Virus record (IMG/VR): IMGVR_UViG_3300028592_000004
Location: 165,211 to 229,210 of that record
Strand: one strand, 5' to 3'
DNA: 64,000 nt
Positions 38,608-47,259 of this stretch are shown one piece after another (the first letter of the stretch is position 1; every line of letters starts with the position of its first letter). The position numbers were made by a program, and so were the translations under genes. The notes under the pieces are model-generated. The model did not search any database. It was not told where the DNA came from and saw only the letters and a program-made list of their open reading frames with translations.

Positions 38608-38740
38608 CGTGAACATGGGGCTGATGTCCCTGTTTGACGTGTGCTATCTACTACACTACGGCCCCGTGAAAGAGGGGCCGCTGGGAGTTGCACCCAGGCT
38701 ACGCGATTGGAAATCGATAAGGAACGTCATTCGGCTCACG
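38608..38740 (-). ncRNA. Y RNA-like 1 (YrlA type, with permuted tRNA domain)
   Basis: Terminal helix CGTGAGCCGA/ATGTTCACG; internal T arm, loop-closed acceptor stem, D arm. Confidence 0.8.
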
Positions 38741-38748
38741 AATGCGAA

Positions 38749-38881
38749 ATCACGAACATGGAAGTTGGCATCCAGTCAATTCTTGTGCTCTACCGCTGAG
38801 CTACAGCGCCTTTCGACGCCGACTGGATTTGAACCAGTGACCCCAAGATCCGATGAGAACAGATACCGATCGGCTCGTGAT
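38749..38881 (-). ncRNA. Y RNA-like 2 (YrlA type)
   Basis: ATCACGAGCCGA/ATGTTCGTGAT helix; GGTTCAAATCC T arm, then TAGCTCAGCGGTAGAGC D arm. Confidence 0.82.
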
Positions 38882-38888
38882 GTTTTGA

Positions 38889-38955
38889 ACTGCGAACATG
38901 GAAGTCGTCGAGGGAGTCATCTTAACAGGATAACCCTCAGCATTCGGCTCGCAGT
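38889..38955 (-). ncRNA. Y RNA-like 3 (short, no tRNA domain)
   Basis: ACTGCGAGCCGA/ATGTTCGCAGT helix, shared GTTATC motif. Confidence 0.7.
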
Positions 38956-38963
38956 GTCTGGAG

Positions 38964-39091
38964 CCGTGAACATGAAATTGCAAGTCCGCGTTTTGGTCTC
39001 GTGCTCTACCGATTGAGCTACATGGGCTTCCGCCCCTGGACGGATTCGAACCGCCAACCTCAAGAGATAACGAACTAACTTCGGCTCACGG
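38964..39091 (-). ncRNA. Y RNA-like 4 (YrlA type)
   Basis: CCGTGAGCCGA/ATGTTCACGG helix; GGTTCGAATCC T arm, then TAGCTCAATCGGTAGAGC D arm. Confidence 0.82.
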
Positions 39092-39100
39092 TGTATTGAA

Positions 39101-39176
39101 CCCGAACGTGGGACCAACAGAAGGCGTTTTGGGCTCCGGTTGGGGAGCAAAGGTAACCGTCTGTCTTCGGCTCGGG
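39101..39176 (-). ncRNA. Y RNA-like 5 (short, no tRNA domain)
   Basis: CCCGAGCCGA/ACGTTCGGG helix, GTTACC motif. Confidence 0.7.
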
Positions 39177-39180
39177 AAGG

Positions 39181-39278
39181 CGGGCGATGGAGGAATCGAA
39201 CCTTCGGTAACGATCATCAGTCGGCTCGTTTCCGAGCATGGAATTGACAATCGGTTGCACACCAACGTGCGATCGCCC
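39181..39278 (-). ncRNA. tRNA-shaped RNA with the Ro-binding-like helix in place of the anticodon arm (permuted Y RNA)
   Basis: Acceptor GGGCGAT/ATCGCCC, T arm GAAGG-TTCGATT-CCTCC, internal ATGCTCG-GAAA-CGAGCCGA. Confidence 0.68.
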
Positions 39279-39545
39279 AGTTGGACGGAGTCTACCGACT
39301 CCGTCCTTGATTGCAAGACCAGACACGCGGTCTAGGTCGTCGGTTCACCCTCGGCGGGCGGATTCGAAGCCGGATCCTTGGCCGGATCCCGCAGCAAGTT
39401 CGGAGGCATCACCATGTACATCCCCATCGGAGAGGTGCAGGCCACGACGATTTGCCCCGAGAAGGCAATGAGAAAAATGTCCACAACGTACCGCACGAAA
39501 TTGCGCAACATGGAACATCTCCGGACAGACGAGCTTGTCCGCGGC

Positions 39546-39854
39546 TCAACGTGAGGCCGCGGAAACCGACGCAACGATCTCTTCGAACGTCGGGTAGTTT
39601 TTGATTGGCGTGTCTGCTCCGATGAGGCCAGCATCGAGCAGAGCTTGCTTTCGCACTTCAGATAGCGCGGCTTCCTTCGGGATGGTCCCGAAGTCTCCGT
39701 CACCTCGTAGCGCCCACGTCGGCCGCTGGCCGGCCGGCATGTCTTGACAGCGTGCCGGATCAGCTGGGCCAAACCAGATCCGAGCGTTTTCGAACCGATG
39801 TCCGTTCACATAGACGCGGACATGGTCCCCCTTTCGCCAGAGGGTCAGTTTCAT
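39546..39854 (-). CDS. Hypothetical protein
   Basis: TGATG coupling. Confidence 0.6.
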   Translation of the reverse strand: MKLTLWRKGDHVRVYVNGHRFENARIWFGPADPARCQDMPAGQRPTWALRGDGDFGTIPKEAALSEVRKQALLDAGLIGADTPIKNYPTFEEIVASVSAASR

Positions 39855-40231
39855 CAGATTCCCGCTCCATCCAGGTTCTCATTGAGGACTCCACGAGTCA
39901 GGCCCAGATGACGGATCTGATCTGTCATCGGGCCGTACCAGTTGAAGATGAGAGCGGATCCTCCTGGACCGAAGGAGGAATTGATGTAGCCGGTCGAGAG
40001 GACGATGTCCGTCATCTCTCCTTCGGCCAGCGGGATATGCCAGATGCCGTTCTTGCCCTCGGTCGCGCCGAGGTCTTCAAGGATCTGGCGTCGCCACCGA
40101 AACTCACGCTTCTGGTCCTGTTCAGTGACGGGATAGATGTCGAGCTTGCGAGCACATTCAAGACATTGCCCAGGTCTCGATTCCTCGCGAGCGGTGTAGC
40201 GTTTTTTGCGAAGACATTCCTCGCAGAACAC
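39854..40231 (-). CDS. Hypothetical protein with N-terminal CxxC...CxxC
   Basis: RBS AGGAGG; zinc-finger-like motif. Confidence 0.65.
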   Translation of the reverse strand: MFCEECLRKKRYTAREESRPGQCLECARKLDIYPVTEQDQKREFRWRRQILEDLGATEGKNGIWHIPLAEGEMTDIVLSTGYINSSFGPGGSALIFNWYGPMTDQIRHLGLTRGVLNENLDGAGI

Positions 40232-40603
40232 TCAGTCCTCCTGGAGGTAGGTTCGTATCTGGTCGAGCACGCTGAACGCGAACTGCACGTAGTCCTCACC
40301 TTCCTTGGTGGCCGTGTAGTATCGCGCCCGGAAGCCATGTAGCTCGTCTTCGTCCGATAGCCGGCCGGAGAGCAAGCCCTGATCCTCCAGAGCCGCCATG
40401 CTCTGATAGAAGGAAGCGACGTCATGCGGGTAGCCAGCCCGCTCCAGCGTCATGCGAATGACCCGTCCCGGCGCGGTCGTCCGCACCGTCTGGGCCAAGA
40501 TCAGCAGGATCTCCAGTGAGACATCGGCCAACGTCTGTGGCGGACGAAAGGCTGGCTCGTTGAGTTGGTGGATCCAGTTGAGAATGGAACGAAAGGGGTT
40601 CAT
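40232..40603 (-). CDS. PadR-like winged-helix protein
   Basis: SFYQSMAALEDQGLL...RARYYTATKEG. Confidence 0.7.
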   Translation of the reverse strand: MNPFRSILNWIHQLNEPAFRPPQTLADVSLEILLILAQTVRTTAPGRVIRMTLERAGYPHDVASFYQSMAALEDQGLLSGRLSDEDELHGFRARYYTATKEGEDYVQFAFSVLDQIRTYLQED

Positions 40604-41211
40604 CAGTCGACTCGAATTTCGACTGCGGAAGCGTCGGCGTTCTCGCGAACATCGTCCGGCATCCGCCGGGCAGTGAGCTTGTTCTCGTGGGCCTGGCGGA
40701 ACGCGCTGAGAGTCATGTCCAGCAGCCGGGCCAACATCGGAATCGCGTTCTGGATCGCAGTCGCTTCGTCGTCAGCGAAGGTGATCCAGCGTTCGCCGCC
40801 GGGAGCGTAGACGGCCCACCGCGGCTTCTCGGTTTGAGCGTGGGACTCGCGAACGAGCCGACCCTCCTTGTCGAGCTTGATCAGCGGACGTCGCATTCCG
40901 ACGTCCCGGGTCAGAGAATTCATCTCGTCGATGAGTTCCTGCAGGATCGGCAACCAACCACGCTGTCGAATCTCGCGGAGCAGATTCGCTCCGTGCGGGC
41001 CGAAGTTCTGCACAACGACCTGGTTGGGCAGGAGGATGTAGTTGCTGTTGCCGTTCGTGTAGAGGATCGTCGGCGGGCCGCTTTTGTGCCTGACCCGGTT
41101 GTTGATCTCGCAACTTTCGGTCAAGAACCGCTCCCAGGTGCGACCCTTCGGTTGATCACCCAGCAGAGCCTGGATCGGAACCGGGACTTCCACTTTTGCT
41201 TTGACTGGCAT
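40603..41211 (-). CDS. Hypothetical protein
   Basis: Start moved to MPVKAK (RBS GGAG). Confidence 0.6.
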   Translation of the reverse strand: MPVKAKVEVPVPIQALLGDQPKGRTWERFLTESCEINNRVRHKSGPPTILYTNGNSNYILLPNQVVVQNFGPHGANLLREIRQRGWLPILQELIDEMNSLTRDVGMRRPLIKLDKEGRLVRESHAQTEKPRWAVYAPGGERWITFADDEATAIQNAIPMLARLLDMTLSAFRQAHENKLTARRMPDDVRENADASAVEIRVD

Positions 41212-41677
41212 CACTCTCTCCAGAGGTGTCGTTCTCCCAGGGCAAGCCGACTTCCGCGGAGCGGTCTTCGACTGACGGGAGTTGTCCAAACAGTTGGGCC
41301 TCAACGAAGGTGGCCAACGCGCGGAGGGTGAGACCCAGCGGGTACTTCACCTTGTAGGCCAGCTTCGAGAGCCGGCCGTACTCGTTGGCGTGGCGAATCA
41401 TCAGGATCAGGGCGCCGGCACACTCCTGCTCATGCCCCGGTTTGACGTTCTTGTCGCCGCCGTAGTCCTTGTTGTTCGGATCAGAGGAGTGGCAGACCAT
41501 TCCCGGTGCTTTGCCGGTGCGGAGGCCATTCCACAGACGCCGAAGATTCTTGATCGAGTACCACTTCGCCGGATGCGGCTTCCCGTGGTTGACCTTGAGA
41601 AAGGGGCAGGTGTCGCAGACCCGAATCATCTTGGCGGCACTGCGGCCGATCTGCCCGATCTTAGGCTTCTTGCTCAT
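41156..41677 (-). CDS. Cys-rich protein (CxxCPF...CH...CAG, DUF6283-like)
   Basis: Motif pattern; paralogous to 48507-48959. Confidence 0.65.
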   Translation of the reverse strand: MSKKPKIGQIGRSAAKMIRVCDTCPFLKVNHGKPHPAKWYSIKNLRRLWNGLRTGKAPGMVCHSSDPNNKDYGGDKNVKPGHEQECAGALILMIRHANEYGRLSKLAYKVKYPLGLTLRALATFVEAQLFGQLPSVEDRSAEVGLPWENDTSGESDASQSKSGSPGSDPGSAG

Positions 41678-42012
41678 TCCTGCTTTCTGGGTTCGATAGG
41701 TTCGGCGATCAGATTCTCTTTCTTCATCAGAGCGAAGAGATCGGCCTGCTCGATCAGGTGCCGAGTCTCCTGAGCTGAAAGCTGCTTGCGGTGATCCGCT
41801 TCGAGCTTGTCGATGTGAGCCCGCCAGTCCCGACGTTCCTGGCGAATAAGAGAGTTCAGCCGGCTGATCTCCCGGCTGTCTTCGCGGCGAGCGTCACTGT
41901 ACCGCTCCTGAAGTTCGCGACGTGCCTTGCCGTGAGTATCGTTCAGAGCGAAGAACGTCAGCATCCAGGTGATGCCGACCAGCAAGCCGGCCTTAACGAG
42001 ATCCATCTTCAT
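41674..42012 (-). CDS. Membrane-anchored coiled-coil protein
   Basis: Start moved to MKMDL (RBS AGGAGG); TM helix plus charged helix. Confidence 0.6.
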   Translation of the reverse strand: MKMDLVKAGLLVGITWMLTFFALNDTHGKARRELQERYSDARREDSREISRLNSLIRQERRDWRAHIDKLEADHRKQLSAQETRHLIEQADLFALMKKENLIAEPIEPRKQE

Positions 42013-42038
42013 GGTGACCTCCTGTCGTTCGGCCCATT

Positions 42039-42314
42039 CTACTTCTCCTTCTTCCCGAACTGAATCAACCCCTTGAAAACGAAGAACCCACGGGCCTTCG
42101 CTTCCTTGAGGAAGTCTGTCAGAGAAACGCGGCAGCGACAAACTGTTCGATCGCCTAGAAAGACCTCCCAGTTGTCGCCGCCGGACGCGTTTCGAGCCCA
42201 GCCCGAGACTGGCCGGATGCTCTCCGGCGGAATCTCCTGCTTGAGCTGGGCACTCAGTAGCCGAGCGGCTTTAGCCCGCTGCAGCCCCACAGAAACAAAA
42301 TGCGGACGTCTCAC
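42039..42314 (-). CDS. Hypothetical protein
   Basis: GTGA overlap. Confidence 0.55.
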   Translation of the reverse strand: MRRPHFVSVGLQRAKAARLLSAQLKQEIPPESIRPVSGWARNASGGDNWEVFLGDRTVCRCRVSLTDFLKEAKARGFFVFKGLIQFGKKEK

Positions 42315-42778
42315 CCACGTGCCTTACGGATCTGGGCCATCTCGTCTGGCACGTAAATGCCAGCGACGCGGAAGAGCGTGAGAACGACCTTACCGATCGG
42401 CGTCAGCACCAGGCTCTTGTTGACCCAGTGATCGCTCTCCCGCCGCGGATTGCGGATTGTCGGGATGACGCTGGGATTCTCGATCACCAGGCCTCGATTG
42501 ACCAGGGCCATCTGGGTGGCGATCACGTTATTCGGCCGGAGGACGCTGCCGCCCTCCCGCGTCCGAGCCCAGTGCATTCCGCCTTCGATGCTCGTCAACA
42601 TCTCCATCATCGGCTCGCTCAGGGTCAGGTGGAACCCGGTCCTGAGTGCGGTGCGAAGGAAGGCCGCAGAGCTATTGGCCAGGATCTCGTTCGCACCCGA
42701 CTTCTTCACCTTCGCTGCGCCCTTGAGCCGGCGCTGGTCGTCTTTTCGAATTCGAACTGTCGGTTTACGGGTTGCCAT
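42311..42778 (-). CDS. Hypothetical basic protein, possibly winged helix
   Basis: RBS AAAGGA; ALVNRGLV...LTPIG. Confidence 0.65.
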   Translation of the reverse strand: MATRKPTVRIRKDDQRRLKGAAKVKKSGANEILANSSAAFLRTALRTGFHLTLSEPMMEMLTSIEGGMHWARTREGGSVLRPNNVIATQMALVNRGLVIENPSVIPTIRNPRRESDHWVNKSLVLTPIGKVVLTLFRVAGIYVPDEMAQIRKARG

Positions 42779-42787
42779 AGGGTCCTT

Positions 42788-43345
42788 TCAATCCGCGGGT
42801 TTTGAAATTCGAAGACAGGGAGATGCCTTCGCAACACGATTCCAATCGTTGACGATCGTGAGATCGATCCCGTTGGTGGCGTCTCTCGCGGCCTCCTTGA
42901 ACCGCCAGAAGACTTCGTGGACGGCCTTGCAATGCTGGCAGCTCCAGCACCGTTTGCGGCCAGGCACAAGCTCGTCAGCCAGCTTGTCGAAGCACTGACG
43001 GGCTAGGTCCGGTGGCGTCTTAAAGAAGTCGCTCCCGAACAGCCACTCCAGCTTGTCGTACTCGTAGTCGCTGCGAACCGTATGGCAGTCGTAGACGTCC
43101 TTCGGCTCGACCCAACGCTCGCAAGCCAGCGTATGGAGGTGCATCGCAACGACGATCAGCAGTCCCTCGGCCTGCCTCTCCGGCGGATCAACGAACCCGA
43201 TGACGCGACCGAAGAAGTCGCTGCCAGCGGTTCGCCATTGAATGAAATCGCCTCGCTTGGCATGGGAGTTCCGGCCAGGCGAGGCGATTGGAATTTCGGG
43301 AAGGCGAACCTCCCCTTCAGTGGTGACGGTGACGTCTGTTCGCAT
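42788..43345 (-). CDS. Hypothetical protein
   Basis: 185-aa ORF, RBS GGAG. Confidence 0.65.
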   Translation of the reverse strand: MRTDVTVTTEGEVRLPEIPIASPGRNSHAKRGDFIQWRTAGSDFFGRVIGFVDPPERQAEGLLIVVAMHLHTLACERWVEPKDVYDCHTVRSDYEYDKLEWLFGSDFFKTPPDLARQCFDKLADELVPGRKRCWSCQHCKAVHEVFWRFKEAARDATNGIDLTIVNDWNRVAKASPCLRISKPAD

Positions 43346-43407
43346 GGATCTCCGGGATGAACATGGGCAGCCAGCCGAACGCGAGGATCGTCAGGCCAAT
43401 GACAACA

Positions 43408-43614
43408 TCAAATCGGTTCAGCATCCTGCGGTCCCTTGTAGAAGTGCCGGACCATGTCCGGCTGTTGAACTCCGACGATAAAGACATCCCCTTGTGGGCC
43501 GGGAACGTACGGCGGACCCGTATGTCCGGGAGGCCCAGGGATACCTTGCGGTCCCTGGGGACATCCACAGCGTCCACGGCACCCCAGCACTCCCTGCACT
43601 TCAATCGGTTCCAT
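43408..43614 (-). CDS. Short collagen-like (Gly-X-Y) peptide
   Basis: GPQGIPGPPGHTGPP..PGPQG; RBS AAGGA; competing overlapping frame 43317-43619. Confidence 0.45.
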   Translation of the reverse strand: MEPIEVQGVLGCRGRCGCPQGPQGIPGPPGHTGPPYVPGPQGDVFIVGVQQPDMVRHFYKGPQDAEPI

Positions 43615-43615
43615 C

Positions 43616-44602
43616 TCATTCCTTGAGTGAGTACGGAGCCAACACGTGGACTCCACCAACGTCAACGTGGTGGGTGGTTAGCTCCAGCGGTTCGTTGTAG
43701 TCCCGGAACTTCGGGACGCACGCATTATCCTCACCGATCCGGAAATAACCAGTGGACATCCACGGCGCACGGTGCATGCTCGTGTGGCGCTCCGGCAACG
43801 TCCGGTAGTAGAGACGGTTCTTGTTGACCGGCGTCCCCGGCACAGGCCGGTTGAACGACAGGCCCACGACAGGCCCGCTGGGCATCGCAGTCGCGCTCAG
43901 GCGAACCCGGGCCAGCGTCGCGGCGAAGTATCTCGCCAGGATCCACTTGTGATCCTGGCCGGGATAGAACACCTGGTAGGCCGTGTAGTAGTACTGCCGC
44001 TGCTCCTCGGGGATGTCTCCCTTCCAGCCAGCGTTCTGCAGATCCGTGCCGGTGGCCCGGCCCTGCAGGTAGTTGTAGAACAGCGGCGCCAGGTTCTCGA
44101 CTTCGAGGCTGAAGGACGACCAGTTCGTCAGCATCGATTCCCGGATGGGTACGACACTGTCGCCGAGCATGAACTTCAGGAGCCGCTCGAACTTGGCAGC
44201 GTACTCATCGATCGCGGCGGCGCGAGTGACGCCGAACAGCACCCGGTCCGTAAGGTCCTCGATCCGGACGTGAAACTCGACTTCCTTCCCGTGCCGCCGC
44301 ATGCCGTCCCGCAGGCACAGCAGCTGACGGACAGCGAAGAACTCCAGGATGTCGAGCGGGGTCGCGTCCTGCTTGCTGCTGCCCCAGGGAACGAGCACGT
44401 TCAGCCGATCCGAAGACCGCAGCACGCCCCGAATCGCCGCCTGGACTTCCGGGGACGGCATCGGTCCGTAGCGTCGCTGCTTCGTGCCGAACAATTCCGC
44501 GGAGATGGCTTCGAACTGCACTTCGGAGGACACGTTCATCTTGGGGAAGGACGTGTACATGAATTGCGTGATCAGGTCTTCGTAGGTCACAGCTATCCTC
44601 AT
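43616..44602 (-). CDS. Hypothetical enzyme-like protein (328 aa)
   Basis: Long ORF with globular composition; no family recognised with confidence. Confidence 0.75.
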   Translation of the reverse strand: MRIAVTYEDLITQFMYTSFPKMNVSSEVQFEAISAELFGTKQRRYGPMPSPEVQAAIRGVLRSSDRLNVLVPWGSSKQDATPLDILEFFAVRQLLCLRDGMRRHGKEVEFHVRIEDLTDRVLFGVTRAAAIDEYAAKFERLLKFMLGDSVVPIRESMLTNWSSFSLEVENLAPLFYNYLQGRATGTDLQNAGWKGDIPEEQRQYYYTAYQVFYPGQDHKWILARYFAATLARVRLSATAMPSGPVVGLSFNRPVPGTPVNKNRLYYRTLPERHTSMHRAPWMSTGYFRIGEDNACVPKFRDYNEPLELTTHHVDVGGVHVLAPYSLKE

Positions 44603-44646
44603 GACGTTGGTGGTGGTAGAACGAAATCACCGACAGGAGGTCAGTG

Positions 44647-44874
44647 ATGCCGTTCCGAAGCAAATCGCAACAGAGATGGATGTTCGCCGCCGAGGCCAGA
44701 AACGAGCTGCCCAAAGGGACAGCTCGTCGCTGGGCCAAGGAGACAAAGAAACAGAAGGGCGGGTTTACGGCCCTTCCGGAGAAGGTTCCTCAGACGGAGA
44801 AGACGGCTGCGGATCTTGCCCGTATAGCCCTTCGCGCAGTGTTTGCCGGGTCATCGACCGAACAAAGTCGATGA
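44647..44874 (+). CDS. Small basic phage protein (MPFRSKSQQRWMFA...LPEKV type)
   Basis: RBS AGGAGG; N-terminal motif familiar from phage proteins; the only convincing plus-strand gene. Confidence 0.75.
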   Translation: MPFRSKSQQRWMFAAEARNELPKGTARRWAKETKKQKGGFTALPEKVPQTEKTAADLARIALRAVFAGSSTEQSR

Positions 44875-45808
44875 CGCGGTCATTGCCCGCCGCAGCGCGG
44901 AACAGGATAACGCGGTGCATCGCGACCAGATCCGCGTTCGTGATCGGGCCATCCGCTTCCAGGGCCTGCCGAACACCGTCGTGGAGCGATCCGACGATCG
45001 GCGGGAAAAGGATGTCGTACAGCCCGTGCAGATCCAGATCCTCCGTGTCTGACACGAACATGCACAGATCCCGGAGGAGCCGTACAATGCGATTCCGCTG
45101 ATCAACGTCCATGTTCGGCAGGACGTCTTCCTGGGCTACCGATCCACGAATCAGATTCGCTATCGGCTCGATCCGGGTCACGGTCAGATACTCCGAGGGA
45201 CCGATGACCAGCCCGTAGGCGGCAACGACCATGTCCTGGTTCTCGGCCAGATCTTCCTGGACCTCAGACAAGGACTGCTCGTTTGTCGGGTCCTCCTCCA
45301 GGGTCTCGCGTTCGCCGGGCTCAACTTCGATCAAAGACGGGATCGTGATGGACCCCGTGCGATGCTCGATCGTCATCAGCACGGGAAGCCGATCCGGCTC
45401 CATGTCCTCCTCGTCGTCATCGTCGTCAGCGTCGTCGGGCTCATTAGCGAGCCCCTGGATCTCGTCCCGCAACCTCTTGTTCCGGAGATTGATCGTGCGA
45501 TGGGCCTTCGCCAGCTCGTCCTGCGTTTCCTTGGGATCCCAGGTACCCTCGGCGCCGACAGCGGCCATCGTCTTATGGATCGGCACGCCGACCGAGGCGA
45601 AGTACGCCTCGACTCCGCCAGTGAGGCCGTCCATGTCGAGTAGGACGAGCCCGGAACGTGTCACCTCCGCGGCCACGGACGAGGCAAATGAAAACGCACG
45701 ATAGAACTCGGTCATCGCTTCCTGGAGCCGTCGAATCGCGTCGCTGCCCTCCGGAGCTCCGCTTTGAGCCAAAATCAGTGAAACGTGGTGTGGGCCAAGA
45801 ACCTTCAT
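44765..45808 (-). CDS. Acidic hypothetical protein
   Basis: Start moved to MKVLG (RBS GAGGA); overlaps the plus-strand gene tail-to-tail. Confidence 0.65.
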   Translation of the reverse strand: MKVLGPHHVSLILAQSGAPEGSDAIRRLQEAMTEFYRAFSFASSVAAEVTRSGLVLLDMDGLTGGVEAYFASVGVPIHKTMAAVGAEGTWDPKETQDELAKAHRTINLRNKRLRDEIQGLANEPDDADDDDDEEDMEPDRLPVLMTIEHRTGSITIPSLIEVEPGERETLEEDPTNEQSLSEVQEDLAENQDMVVAAYGLVIGPSEYLTVTRIEPIANLIRGSVAQEDVLPNMDVDQRNRIVRLLRDLCMFVSDTEDLDLHGLYDILFPPIVGSLHDGVRQALEADGPITNADLVAMHRVILFRAAAGNDRVIDFVRSMTRQTLREGLYGQDPQPSSPSEEPSPEGP

Positions 45809-45828
45809 GAGTGTCCTCTGGAAATGAA

Positions 45829-45854
45829 GAAAGGCCACCCGGAGGTGGCCTTTC
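45829..45854. terminator. Intrinsic terminator-like hairpin
   Basis: GAAAGGCCACC/GGTGGCCTTTC stem. Confidence 0.6.
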
Positions 45855-45880
45855 GTGTGACGCGGTGTGGGAGACTCAGG

Positions 45881-47191
45881 CTACGGTGCCTGGGTCGTCT
45901 TCGGCGGCAGGTTGAGGAGTGAGCTGGGCGACATCGGACCAACGTAGATCGTCGGGAATGAGCCCTTCCACTTCTCAATCTGGGTCTTCTGAACCTCCAG
46001 CTGCCGCAGCTGCAGGTAAATCGGAAGCTGCTCGCGAGCCTTCTCAATCTCGTAGGCCGACGCATCGGCACGAGCTTTAGTGGCCTCCGCTTCCGCTTCC
46101 GCACGCAGTTGAGTCGCGGACGCCTCGCCCTGTGCGGCGACCTTTGCGGCGTCGGCCTTACCCTGGGCTTCCTTCTGGAGAGCCGCCGCCTTGGAAGTGG
46201 CGATCGTCTGCTCTTGCTCGGCGTTGAACACCTCGACGAGCTTCGTCTGGATGCTCTTGTCCTTGTAGATGAAGCCGCCCGAGATCCCCAGGTTGGTGAT
46301 CGTGATCCCGCGTTCGACAAAGAACGCAGTCGTGGCTTCGATAACCTTCTTGATGTGCGGTGTCGCTTCCAGCCGGAGCTTGTCCATCCGCTGGTCGGTG
46401 ACTTCGAGCCCGAAGGCGGTCTGGACGTAGGCTCGAACCTCACGGTCCAGCACTTCGGCGAGCGTCTCGTTCCTGTAGTTGTGCAGGAACTTGACCGCGT
46501 CGTCGCGGGATGCGATTCGTGCCGTGACAGTCCATCCGGTGGAGAACTCCACCTGATCCGCCGTCATGACCCAGATGGCTTCGTTCTTGTTCGACGTACC
46601 GCTGTTCTCGTCGGCCGTCCATTCCCGGGTGACCGGCGAACGATCGACCTTGATCACGATAGCTGCGTCGCGCCACTCGCCGTCCGCACCCATGTACTCA
46701 TAGCCTTTCGGGACCCACTGCTGCGGGATCTCGACCTGCTTGGTATTGACGAGCTTGGCTTTCAGGAAGGCTTCGCTTTCCGTCGAGGCCTGGTCAGCGT
46801 TGTCGCCGACGTAGGGGATGACGAACGCCTCTTCGTTCGTGCCGATCGTTTCGAACTTCACCGGTTTGAACGGCTTCCACCAGCAACCACTGGAAAGCAG
46901 AGGGAGCAGCAGAGCAGCGCCGGTGGTCCACTTTTTGAACCACTGCTTGTCGACCCCGCCGATCAGGATCGCGAGCGCGACCAAGGTCAGAAGCCCGCCA
47001 CCGACAGCCCAGCCGCTGTTCTCCAGACGGCGACGGAGCCGCTGCTCCGCCACTTTATCTTGCTGCCCGGCGTCGAACTGGGCGTGGATGGACTCATGCG
47101 TTTGCCGGACAACAGTGGTCTCCTCGTAGTATGCCCGGGCGCCGACAAACGCACCGAACATGATGAGTACGACGATCAGCCGATAGATCAT
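45881..47191 (-). CDS. SPFH/band-7-like membrane protein
   Basis: TM helices, GITITNLGI strand, Ala/Glu-rich coiled coil, IEKWKG.FP tail. Confidence 0.75.
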   Translation of the reverse strand: MIYRLIVVLIMFGAFVGARAYYEETTVVRQTHESIHAQFDAGQQDKVAEQRLRRRLENSGWAVGGGLLTLVALAILIGGVDKQWFKKWTTGAALLLPLLSSGCWWKPFKPVKFETIGTNEEAFVIPYVGDNADQASTESEAFLKAKLVNTKQVEIPQQWVPKGYEYMGADGEWRDAAIVIKVDRSPVTREWTADENSGTSNKNEAIWVMTADQVEFSTGWTVTARIASRDDAVKFLHNYRNETLAEVLDREVRAYVQTAFGLEVTDQRMDKLRLEATPHIKKVIEATTAFFVERGITITNLGISGGFIYKDKSIQTKLVEVFNAEQEQTIATSKAAALQKEAQGKADAAKVAAQGEASATQLRAEAEAEATKARADASAYEIEKAREQLPIYLQLRQLEVQKTQIEKWKGSFPTIYVGPMSPSSLLNLPPKTTQAP

Positions 47192-47259
47192 TGGAACAGG
47201 CTCCTGCAGGAAAGGGACGTAACACGAACGGCAAACCGTGCCGATCGGATCACGGGAAA

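Noticed and set aside
43616-44602. Isocyanide synthase (Dit1/PvcA) or cyclodipeptide synthase call
   Set aside because: Only a vague resemblance; diagnostic motifs not recognisable without an HMM search
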